From Reclinomonas americana ATCC 50394 (Eukaryota): a DNA stretch of 38,220 nucleotides. The stretch spans positions 1-38,220 of the forward strand of contig PS015290.1 of the NCBI GenBank assembly GCA_048213135.1. Direction: 5' to 3'. The notes beneath the pieces were generated by a model. The model was not told the origin of the DNA. It saw only the letters and a program-made list of their open reading frames with translations, and did not search any database. Made by a program: the position numbers and the translations under genes. Positions 23,407 to 33,811 of this stretch are shown piece by piece (position 1 is the stretch's first letter; every line of letters starts with the position of its first letter).

Positions 23407-26400
23407 TTAGGTACTGCTGCCGACCAAGAAGCGCTCGAGGAACATGATGACGGCATTCTGGTAAAAGTCGCGGTTTCGCTTCTGCTCGGAGGCAGCGCTG
23501 AGTCAGAGCGTGTAGAAGCAAGCCTTGAAGAGGACATACACACCTTGCGGAATCCGTGTCCCTGCGACGCACAGCAGAAATGGGAATCAGCTGGTGCAAC
23601 TAACTCATGAGACGCCTGCTAGTCCACTCACCTCATCCTTGGCCATGAGGTACCACACGCTACGGCCGTTCTCGCGCACTGCCGTGACAATCTGCTCGCT
23701 CTCTGTGACGGGCACACGCGGATCGTTGAGTCCCTGCACCACGAACAGCGGCCGATCGATGCGACTGGCATGCGTCGACGGTGAGATGGAGAGCAGAAAC
23801 TCGCGCATCTCCGGATCGCGCTCGTCGCCGTACTTGACACGGCGCAAGTCGCGCCGGTCATCGTGCGTGTTCTCCAAGAAGGTGACAAAGTTGCTGATGC
23901 CCACAATATCGATGCCGCAACGCAGCCGCGGACCGAAATGGATGAGCGAGGCCAGCACCATGTAGCTGTTGTGTGCGCGCATGTAAGAGATGGGATGGAG
24001 GGGAGCTCGCGAGGGAGGGAGGGATGAGAAGACTCACCCGCCGTAGGAGCCACCCCACACGGCCACGCGGGAGGCGTCGAGCTCCGGCTGCTGACCGACC
24101 CAGTCGAGCAGCGCGCCAATGTCGAGCACCGAGTTTTCGCGCAGCCGTCCGTTGTCGAGCTGCACGAACCTGCACGAGGACGAAAGGGGGGGGATGACTA
24201 TGCGTGGTAAAGGTATCATACGACAAAGGAGGCGGCGCACTTTTTGCCGTATCCATCTGAACCGCGGACGTTGGGGTCGAGAATGGCCACGTTCATCTCG
24301 CGCAGCAGATACTGGTACGACGGCGAGAATGTCGGCAGCGATTGGCCCTCCTGAGAAGCGGGAAAGAGTGTCGGGAGAGTGAGAGAAGTGAGTGCATTGT
24401 TCCACTCACAGATGAACAATGAGAAAGGGGTTTCTCTCGCGTGTGCGTAGCTGGGAACACACAAAACACGATAGTGGTGGACTATGACTCAAATGACCAT
24501 CTGTCTCTCTCGTTGCACAATGAAAGGCTCCTAACTGGAGAGTACTAACTCTCAACCAACTCAAATGTCCAACTGTCTCTCGTTGCACAATGAAAGGCTC
24601 CGACTACTAACTCTCAACCAACTCAAATGTCCATCGGTCTCTCGATGCACAATGAAAGGCTCCTAACTGGAGACTGCTAACTCTCAACCAACTCAAATGT
24701 CCAACTGTCTCTCGTTGCACAATGAAAGGCTCCGACTACTAACTCTCAACCAACTCAAATGTCCATCTGCCTCAAAGGCTCCTAATTGGAGACTGCACTT
24801 TCAACCAACTCAAATGTCCAACTGTCTCTCGTTGCACAATTAAAGGCTCCGAACTGGAGACTGCTAACTCTCAACCGATGAAGATCAGATCGACTGCTGT
24901 GCTCATTTCAACTCACGAAGTGCTTGTGTGCGACAGAGGGTGCTCCCTAAGTTCCACTCCATGTTCCCTTCCCCTATCTCACACTTACCGGTCCACCATG
25001 AATGTGGATGACCACCGGGTACTTGTTGCCGACTGTCGATACAAGTCAGTCAGAAACATTATGCTGCCACACACTCAGTCAGCACGCAACACTTCTCCAA
25101 CGGCGGCCGATTGGGCTTGTAGTAGAACGCGTGAATGCGCAGGTCGTCAAACGATGCAAAATCGATCAGGGTGGGCTCGACAAAATCGTCAGTGGGGAGG
25201 CCGCCCACTTCGCTTTGCGTCCAGCGGGTAACCTACGTGATGGGAAGGGTGGGAAGTGAGGGGCAGGAAGGGAGAGGAGGGGGGAGGAAGGAAGGAGGAA
25301 GGGAGGAAGGAGGGAAGGGGGGAAGGGGAAGTCGGAAAGGGAGGAAGACGGAAGGGAGGAAGACGGAAGGGAGGCAGGGAAAGGAGACGACGTAAGCGGG
25401 AACTGAATGAGGAAGATGGAAGGGGGAAGACGGAAGGGGGAAGAGTGAAAAGGGTGAAGACGGAAGAGGGGAAAAGGGAAGAGGGGGAGGAGTGAGGGGG
25501 GAAGACGGTGAGGGGGGAGACGGAGGGCGGTAACACTTCACTTCTTTCCTCTTTCGCTTGTTCATATGTCGTCGTGCATTCCATGCCTCGCCCTTCTGTT
25601 CCATTCTCGTTACCTTTGCTCTTCTCTCCTGCTCTTCTCTTTCTGCTTTCCGTTTGCCCTTCTCCCTTCCCTTTCCCTGTTCCTCCTTCCCTTCTCTTCC
25701 TTTTTCGCTTTCCCGTCCCCGTTTTCTCCATGCCTCCTTCCTCTGTCCTTTCTAGATCTCTCTTCCTTTCTCTCTCGCTTGCGCTTTCCCTTCCTCTTCC
25801 TCTCTCTCTCCCTCTCTCTCTCCCTTCCCTCACGCACCTCCTTTGTGCGAACGTCCATGCTGAACACATCACCGGGCGTCTTGGGCGAGTTGAGATAGAA
25901 GCCAATGTCGGTGCCAGTCGGGTTCCAGTCGATGCTATGCGATGCACTCGATCAGAGACAGAGGTGGCGACAGGGGAGGTGAGGAAGCGACGCACCCGCC
26001 CACATAGCCGACGGTCGGCAGCGGTTGTGCCACGTACTCGTCGGTGGCAGTGAACAGCATGTACAGCTGCGTGGAGTGGTACGTTAACATAAAGCGGTGG
26101 AGAGGGCAGAGGGCAGTAGAGATGAAGACGTACCTTGTAGATACCGCCCTCGTTGACAGTGAAGGCCGCCAGCTCGCCAGTGGGGCTCACCTATGAGACG
26201 AGTCAACAACAACGCACAGCAAGCATGCACATGTGTTCAAGTGCCGTACCTCAAACTCCTCCACACCCCACTCCAAGTCCTCGGTGATGCACTTGTACTC
26301 GTGCGACTCGGTGTTGTACGAAAAGAGTTTCTTGAAATCGGAGCCCTCGTCTGTGCGCACCAGGGGTGTGAATAATCGGCACCCCCTGCACACCGCCTTC

Positions 26401-27862
26401 CTCACTCACCCGACACCACGTACAGCTTGTTCGGCGACGGTGCAAAGCGCACAACACCAAACGACACTGGCGAATCGATGCCCTGCGAAAACGAGAAGGA
26501 GGAGGATGAGAAACGCAATGGCTGCCTTGCGGTCTGGCCAGACATCTCACCCTGGTCTTCACGGGCAGCAGGTCGTCGACGCTGCTTACCGGCGGCACCT
26601 CCTGCACCGCCAGCTGGCGAATGTTGCGCAGGCGGTACACGTACGACTCGGAGACGGACACGTAGCGCTTGATCAGCAGCTCCGAGTCGTCGGGGCTGAA
26701 TTCGGTGGGGAAGAAGAAGCCGGTGGCTTCGAAGACCACGCGCGGCAGCGAGAAGGTGCGGGTGGTGACGTCGAAGGTGCAGATGACCACGTCGCGGTCG
26801 CGGCCGTTGCGCTGCGTGCTGTGGGGGGAGGAAGGAGAAGGGAAGAGGAGAGGGGGAAGAGGAGAGGGGGGAAGAGGAGAGGGAGGAGGCAAAGGGGTGG
26901 AGGAGAAGGGAAGAGGGGGTGTGAGGGAGAGGGGGAGGAGGAGAAGGGGAAGAGGAGAAGGGGAAGAGGAGACAAAAGGAAACAGACAGCAAAAGGAAGA
27001 GCAGATAAGTACAATGGCGCGGATAATTGGTAAAGAAAGACGAAAGGACGACTCGAAAGGTGGACGCAACGAGAAGAACGCCAGCATGGACCCATCGTGC
27101 GACCACTTGGCGCCCGAGTTCTTGCTCTTGCCGTCTGTCAGCAGCGTGTGCGTGGCCTTCTCGAAATCGAAAAAGTACAACTGCCGATGGAGCCTAGTAA
27201 GACATCAAGCACACATTGCGTGCAGAAAGAGAAGAGACTTGCCTGGAACTGCTCATCGCCTCCCGTGTCCTTCGCATACACGAAACCGCGCGCATCGCTG
27301 CGCGGGTAATACGAGCCACCTCCCACAGCATCCTCAAAGAAGGTCAGCTGCGTGCGACAGCCGAGAGGGCGGTGCACGTAGTGGATCTGTGGAAATGGAG
27401 AGATTGGTGAGACGAAAGAAAAGGCGAGTTGTCCACGGCACACAAATGAACAAACTTGCGAAGTGTCGGCGAATCGCGTGGCAATCAGGATGCCGCCCTT
27501 GTCGCTGCAAGGAGAAGCGAACCAGTGAGTAAAAGAGGGAGAGGGAGTTGCGGAATGATCTTTTCAGTCAAGGAAGCAGAGCAGCGCGAGAGAAAGAGGC
27601 ACAAGGCGTGATTCTTCAGAGTCAATCTGTCTGTCAACGAGGCACGCCACTGCGCTCGGGAGAGATGGGAGAGAGAGATAGAAAAGCACAATGCTCACAC
27701 TTGCATCCTCGAGCGACAACCAGAGAGAGAAAGGGAAACACCGACTGGGTGACAGAGAGTCAGGGAGACAAGAAGAGAAAGAGACATACAGACTCTCAGA
27801 GCAAGATAATCGAACAATCTCTCCTTCCTCTGCGTGCAGTCTCCAGGGCTTCTCTGAGACTC

Positions 27863-27905
<43 letters not shown>

Positions 27906-28599
27906 GTCGTCGTCTCGTACGTCGTCGTCGTTCGTCCGTACCGTACCTTCCTCTCCTCTCTACTCTCCTCGTCTCTCGTCTCCTCCTCCTCCGTCTCCTC
28001 TCTCTCTCTNNNNNNNNNNNNNNNNNNNNNNNNNNNNNNNNNNNNNNNNNNNNNNNNNNNNNNNNNNNNNNNNNNNNNNNNNNNNNNNNNNNNNNNNNNN
28101 NNNNNNNNNNNNNNNNNNNNNNNNNNNNNNNNNNNNNNNNNNNNNNNNNNNNNNNNNNNNNNNNNNNNNNNNNNNNNNNNNNNNNNNNNNNNNNNNNNNN
28201 NNNNNNNNNNNNNNNNNNNNNNNNNNNNNNNNNNNNNNNNNNNNNNNNNNNNNNNNNNNNNNNNNNNNNNNNNNNNNNNNNNNNNNNNNNNNNNNNNNNN
28301 NNNNNNNNNNNNNNNNNNNNNNNNNNNNNNNNNNNNNNNNNNNNNNNNNNNNNNNNNNNNNNNNNNNNNNNNNNNNNNNNNNNNNNNNNNNNNNNNNNNN
28401 NNNNNNNNNNNNNNNNNNNNNNNNNNNNNNNNNNNNNNNNNNNNNNNNNNNNNNNNNNNNNNNNNNNNNNNNNNNNNNNNNNNNNNNNNNNNNNNNNNNN
28501 NNNNNNNNNNNNNNNNNNNNNNNNNNNNNNNNNNNNNNNNNNNNNNNNNNNNNNNNNNNNNNNNNNNNNNNNNNNNNNNNNNNNNNNNNNNNNNNNNNN

Positions 28600-28656
<57 letters not shown>

Positions 28657-28709
28657 TATCTACTACTCTCTACTCTCTCTCTTCTCTCTCGTCCTCGTCT
28701 CGTCTCCTC

Positions 28710-28771
<62 letters not shown>

Positions 28772-29320
28772 TCCCTCTCTCTCTCAACAGTTGTCTCGAC
28801 TGCAGTTGTCTCGTCAGCCTCTGTCTTTGTCTCTCTCTCTCTCATCAGTTGTCTCGTTGTCAATCAGTCTCTGTCTCTCTCAAGCACTCTCTCTTGTTGC
28901 ACACTGTCAATCAGTCTCTCTCTTTAGCTCTCTCTCTTGCTCTCTCTCTCGTTGTCAATCACTCTCTGTCTCTCTCACTCTCTTGCTCTCACACTTCCAA
29001 TTAGTCCCTTTCTCTGTCTCTCTCAATCTCTCTCTCTCTCTCTCTCCCTCTCCCTCATTCCTTTTGTCAGTTTGCACAATCAATCAATCAATCACTCTTT
29101 CCCTCTCTTCCCCCCTCTCTCCTCCCTTCCCCTCCCCCTTTCCCCCCTTTCCCCTCTTCATACTCAACGAAGGATCCCATCCACTCAGCGACGCACTGCG
29201 CGTGTTCTGATACTGCAGAGTGCGATCTTTGATCTCCACTGGACAGTGTGGAATGCACTCAATGACCAGTGCGCCCTCTTCCCGGCGATTGACTGCGTGT
29301 GCGTCAGAGGCAGAGGCCAT
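23407..29320 (-). CDS. S9 family (prolyl oligopeptidase / acylaminoacyl-peptidase-like) serine peptidase, bacterial-like
   Basis: Exon 1 (29320-29169) encodes QYQNTRSASLSGWDP. Later exons encode ILIATRFADTSQ, RTQLTFFED, KDTGGDEQFQ, TRWTQSEVGGL, IHGGPEGQ, PNVRGSDGYG, nucleophile motif GGSYGG (~24040), QGLNDPRVPVTESEQ (Asp) and DE|GHGFRK (His). TAA at 23409-23407. Confidence 0.95.
24487..24876. repeat. Minisatellite of about 6 units (55-72 bp) inside S9 intron 24351-24988
   Basis: actcaaatg starts at 24487, 24559, 24621, 24691, 24753 and 24808; unit body tctctcgttgcacaatgaaaggctcc(taactggaga)...ctaactctcaacca. Confidence 0.95.
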
Positions 29321-29763
29321 CCTTGCTCAATGAGAGTGAGAATGAGAAGAGAGGACACGCGACGTTCGCTCTCTTTGTTTGTGCATAACAAACGGCTGTG
29401 TTGCAGATAGCCAAGGCCAGACACATAGCAGCACCTTCTGTGTGCACTGCGAGCTCGAAAGGCAGAGTGTGTGTGAGAGCGAGGACAGCGATCGCGAAGT
29501 TTCGAACATACAGCACCAGTCTCGAACGCTTGCCTCTCGTCGTCTGCGACTTCAGAGAGACCCGATGATCACCACAGTAAAGTACCGACCAGGTGGCGTG
29601 CTCTCCGACCCTGATTTGTATTTGTGAGGGGGAGGATTGTGCAAAGTCTCTCTCGTGTGTCGTTGTCAGTATAATCCCCCCACTCCTAGTCACCGCAGTA
29701 CATTCGTCTCCGCAGCTCCTTCTCACCCCCTCCTCCTCCTCCTCCTCCTCCTCTCCCACACAC

Positions 29764-31931
29764 TCATGTCTCCAGGTAGACCGCGGTCGCCACCAGCTTT
29801 TGCAGACGGTCGATTTGTGCGACGGATTCGGCCTCCACCACCACAGGTCGCGGGTACAGCATGCCGGTGCCGGCATTGACTTCCCACCCGTAGGCGCCAG
29901 TGGCGACTGCCGAGTGCAGGGGTGAGCAAAGTAGAAGAAGAAGAATAGGGGAGGGGCAAACACGCAACATTGAGCGCAGTCGTCCAGTGAGAGACCCGTC
30001 ATGGCGGCGCAGTCGGCCAATCGGATGCTCGAGTACGCTTGACCGACCAGGCGGAAGAGGCGCACGCGAAGTGCCTCTGTGCATGCAAGGTGAGAGGATG
30101 TCGAAACAAAGAGAGCGACACGGGGGAGGCGACTGACCGAGGACGTGAGCCACGTACTGCCCGATAATGTCGCTCCACGCCGAGTTTTTCAGCAGGTCGA
30201 ATGCGGCGGCGAATTGTCTGCAAGCGAGAGAGACACAGATGAGGGAGAGGCAAAGGGGAGATGTCCATTGTGGTCCTCACAGACCGCTTCCACAACGCCT
30301 TGCCCACGTTCCATGCGAGTCGCAGCTGTGCGCTCGATTCCTTGATGCTGGGGTGGGTGCGCTTCCAGAGGAACTTGGCGCTTGGGCTGGGGGTGGCGAA
30401 GGGAAGAAGGGAGGAGTGGGAAAGGAGAAGAGGAGAGAGGGGAAGGGAGACAGCACAAAGAGCATGGAGCGCTCTGAAGCAAGAGAAAAGAGCGCTCCTG
30501 CTTCCCCACAGGGGCACTTAGGGAGAGAGAAAGAGAGTTTGCTCGCAACACCTTGTCAAAGAAAAGAAAAAGAGCAGGAGTGCTCTTCCACTCTCATTGG
30601 GCAGAGGATGTGCACATGAGAGAGAACGAAGAGGGGGAGCAGTAGAGAAAAAGGTGGACCACGAACAGAGGATGTGCAGGAGAGAGACAGAGAGAGAGAG
30701 AGAGGAGAGAGAGCTTCATCCGCACGCTCAATCCTCTTCGTCTTCCTCTTCTTCTTCTTCTTCTTCTTCTTGTTGTTGTTCTTCTTCTTCTTGTTGTTCT
30801 TCTTCTTCTTCTTGTTGTTCTTCTTCTTCTTCTTGTTGTTGTTCTTCTTCTTCTTGTTGTTCTTCTTCTTCTTGTTGTTGTTGTTGTTGTTGTTGGTGTT
30901 CTTCTTCTTCTTCTTGTTCTTCTTCTTCTTCTTGTTCTTCTTCTTCTTCTTGTTGTTCTTCCTCTTCTTGTTGTTGTTGTCGTTGTTGTTCCTCTTCTTC
31001 TTCTTCTTCTCTTCTTCTCCTCCCTCTCCTCTCTCTCCTCTCTCCTCCTCCCCTCTCCTTCCCNNNNNNNNNNNNNNNNNNNNCAAATGTGAGAGAGAGA
31101 GAGACACACACAAAGAGAGAGAGAGAGAGGAGAGAGGAGAGAGAAGAGAAGAGAGAGGAAAAGATAGTGACTAAGTTTACACAATTCCTCTCTCTTGTCT
31201 CTCTCTTTCTCACAGAGAGTGAATGCATTGCACGCAAGAGGAGAGTGTGTGAGAGAGAACATGTGTGTGTGAGAGAGAAAGAGAGTGTGTGAGAGAGAGT
31301 GAGAGTGTGACTATGTTTACACATTTGCTCTCTCTCTCTTGTCTCTCTTCTCTCCACTCTCTCAAACACACAGAGAGTCTTACACACGCATTCATGAGGG
31401 CGTGTGAGAGAGAGTGTGTGTGTGTGTGTGAGTGAAAGAGAGAGAGAGTGCCACAGTAAGACTAAGTTTACACATTTTCTCCTCTTGTCTCTCTCTCTCT
31501 CTCATGTCTATATTTCACTCACACTCACACACACTGTCTGCAATACACACATGCACACAAGAGAGTGAGTGAATGAGAGAGAGTGAATGTGTGACAAAAG
31601 TAACAACTCATTCTCCTCACACACACTCTCTCACACACGCTCTCTCTCTCTCACACACACACACACACTCTCTCTCTCACTCTCTCTCTCTCCCTCTCTC
31701 ACTGCNNNNNNNNNNNNNNNNNNNNNNNNNNNNNNNNNNNNNNNNNNNNNNNNNNNNNNNNNNNNNNNNNNNNNNNNNNNNNNNNNNNNNNNNNNNNNNN
31801 NNNNNNNNNNNNNNNNNNNNNNNNNNNNNNNNNNNNNNNNNNGCGCGTGACATGTCCGCAACTCTCGTCTCTTGCGCCTCACACTCCCGCACAACTCCAT
31901 CAAAGTCTCCACTAATCAACAACTGCTCCAT
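29764..31931 (-). CDS. CSN8: COP9 signalosome complex subunit 8 (PCI domain)
   Basis: Exon 1 MEQLLISGDFDGVVRECEAQE, then AKFLWKRTHPSIK..AWNVGKALWKR, QFAAAFDLLKNSAWS, LFRLVGQAYSSI, YGWEVN and C-terminal RLQKLVATAVYLET*. These resemble remembered CSN8 motifs (CENQE, ARYLWKRIP, LVSQAYTSI, LARLTDYVAFLE). One exon probably lies in gap 31706-31842. Confidence 0.88.
30735..31010. repeat. Mixed (TTC)n/(TTG)n trinucleotide repeat in a CSN8 intron
   Basis: Continuous ttc/ttg runs; source of spurious poly-K/N, poly-E/Q and poly-F/L ORFs. Confidence 0.97.
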
Positions 31932-32380
31932 CACACAAACACACACAAACACACACTCTCACAAACAAACAAACAACAAGTTGCCGGGTTCCTCACAAAC
32001 ACGACAAAACCCGTCATCGTCGGGATGCGCGGAAGCTCTCTCTCTCTCTCTCTTCTCGCCTCTCTCGTCCTGTCTCTGAAGCATGTCATGCTTTTGCATT
32101 GTGAAGCGAATCCCTCTCTCGTGCAGCACGTCGAGTGAAAGACTCTGCTCAGTCTTGACTTCCCTTTCTCGCGCAGCGTCAACGACGTCGAGTGAAGGAC
32201 TCTCTGCTCAGTCTTGATTTTTCCGTTGTTCTGTAAGCTTCTGCATTGCCTTGTCTTTCTATCTTTCTTGTGCACAATAATCCAGAGTGTTGTGCGCGTT
32301 GTCGGGGATCAGTGCCAGCTTGGAAGTCCAAGCGATGTCCCGTCAGAACGCTTGCATTCGTCCTCTTTTCTCCCCCCACC
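31932..32380. promoter_or_regulatory. Divergent CSN8 / WD40-1 intergenic region containing the WD40-array upstream motif
   Basis: 449 bp between start codons. GATCARTGCCAGC at 32307 also lies upstream of WD40-2 (33705) and WD40-3 (35135). Confidence 0.5.
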
Positions 32381-33448
32381 ATGACCTCAGCCTCCCCCTC
32401 CCTCCTGTGCAAGACCTTTGATGAATACGCAGAGGAAGTAGTCGTCACAACCGACGGCCGCTACGTTGCGAGTGTGAATAATTACTTTAGAATGACACTA
32501 TGGTCTGCGGTGAGTGGACGAATAGTGAGACGGTTGGGGGGATATTCTGGATTTGTGATGTGTGCGACTGTTACTCCAGACGGTCGGCACATTGCTGTCT
32601 GCGAGGATGAGGCCTACACAGTGCGTGTGTGGTCTCTGGCGAGTGGGGAAGAGGTGCTTCTGCTGGCTGCAGACGTGTTGTGTGTCACAATTACCCCCGA
32701 TAGTCAGCACCTTGTGGGCGGCAGCTCTGACAACACAGTGCGCGTGTGGTCGTTGGAGAGTGGAGAGGAGGTGCGACGAATGAAGGGTCACTCGCGGTGG
32801 GTGTTATCTGTCGCTGTCTCTCTCGACGGGCAGTTTGTTGTGAGTGGGGGCGTTGATAAAACAGTGCGGGTGTGGTCACTGGCGAGTGGGGAAGAGGTGC
32901 GACGGCTGGAGGGATACGCGGCTATGGTGAATTGTGTCGCCGTCACACGCGATGGACAGCACATTGTGAGTGGAGGCAATGACAACACTGTGCGCGTGTG
33001 GTCTCTGGCAAGTGGCGAGGAGGTGCGACGATTGGAGGGACACAGCGATGCGGTACTATCTGTCGCCATCATGCCCGACAGTCAGCTCGTTGTGAGTGGG
33101 AGTCGGGACAGCACCGCGCGTGTGTGGTCCATGGAGAGCGGAGACGAGGTGCAATGGTTGGAGGGGCACACTCTGGGTGTGAACTCTGTTGCTGTCTCTC
33201 CCTGTGGCCAACACATCATCAGTGGGGGCGAGGATGGCTCTGTGAGAGTGTGGTCCACGCCTTGCGGCCTCGCTCGACTGGAGCTCGACCGTGCTCGCTC
33301 GGCCATGCACACGGTGCAGGAGATGCAACAGGAAGAGGGAGAGGAGAATCCGCGCTGCGTGGTGGAGATTGTGCTGCGGTGTTTCATCGTTGAGGAGGCG
33401 GAAGTCGTTCTTCATCGGTGTTTCACGGACGATCGTCTCCGTTGGTGA
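32381..33448 (+). CDS. WD40-repeat protein 1 (7 repeats plus ~64-aa C-terminal tail), intronless
   Basis: The ATG is homologous to the paralog starts (MTSASPSLLCK). Repeats of the type LEGHxxxVxSVAVTPDGQHVVSGSxDxTVRVWSLASGEEVRR, the first three degenerate. TGA ends at 33448. Confidence 0.95.
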   Translation: MTSASPSLLCKTFDEYAEEVVVTTDGRYVASVNNYFRMTLWSAVSGRIVRRLGGYSGFVMCATVTPDGRHIAVCEDEAYTVRVWSLASGEEVLLLAADVLCVTITPDSQHLVGGSSDNTVRVWSLESGEEVRRMKGHSRWVLSVAVSLDGQFVVSGGVDKTVRVWSLASGEEVRRLEGYAAMVNCVAVTRDGQHIVSGGNDNTVRVWSLASGEEVRRLEGHSDAVLSVAIMPDSQLVVSGSRDSTARVWSMESGDEVQWLEGHTLGVNSVAVSPCGQHIISGGEDGSVRVWSTPCGLARLELDRARSAMHTVQEMQQEEGEENPRCVVEIVLRCFIVEEAEVVLHRCFTDDRLRW

Positions 33449-33670
33449 CATACGAGGAGAAGGGATGCGCGGATGCTCTTTCTTTCTCGCACCTCTCGTC
33501 GTTTTTGAAGCACGTCTCGCTGTTTGTATTGTGAAGCGAGTATGCGTCTTGTGCAGCGTCAACAACGTCGAGTACAAGAGGAGGATCGAGGAATGCTCGC
33601 AGTTGCTGTCGCGGGTCTCTCCCTCACTGTCGTCTACTTCTGCGTTGCTTTGGCTTTCTTTCCTATACTT

Positions 33671-33676
33671 AATAAA
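33671..33676 (+). terminator. Candidate polyadenylation signal AATAAA after WD40-1
   Basis: Conserved at the homologous position after WD40-2 (35076-35081). Confidence 0.45.
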
Positions 33677-33811
33677 CAATCCCCCAGCGTTCAGGCGACA
33701 GGGTGATCAATGCCAGCGCAGGTTTCCAAGAAACGTCCCGACGTCGTTATCGAAGGACGACTCAAACTCCTCTCACACACGCGCATTCACACCCTCTTTT
33801 GCCCCTTCTCC

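Noticed and set aside
24487-24876. CRISPR-like regularly spaced repeats
   Set aside because: Whole units are homologous with no unique spacers, there are no cas genes, and the array is inside a spliceosomal intron.
30556-31387. Poly-E/Q and poly-K/N proteins
   Set aside because: A trinucleotide repeat within a CSN8 intron, open in most frames.
3597-31931. Introner-type mobile introns as the source of the GTTGCGT donors
   Set aside because: These introns share only the first 6-7 nt and differ in length and body, with no visible terminal repeats or target-site duplications.
32246-33811. Upstream starts at 32246 and 33710 given in the ORF track
   Set aside because: The homologous ATGs at 32381, 33812 and 35242 share the M(T/S)xxxPSLxCK start, and the upstream extensions do not keep frame between paralogs.
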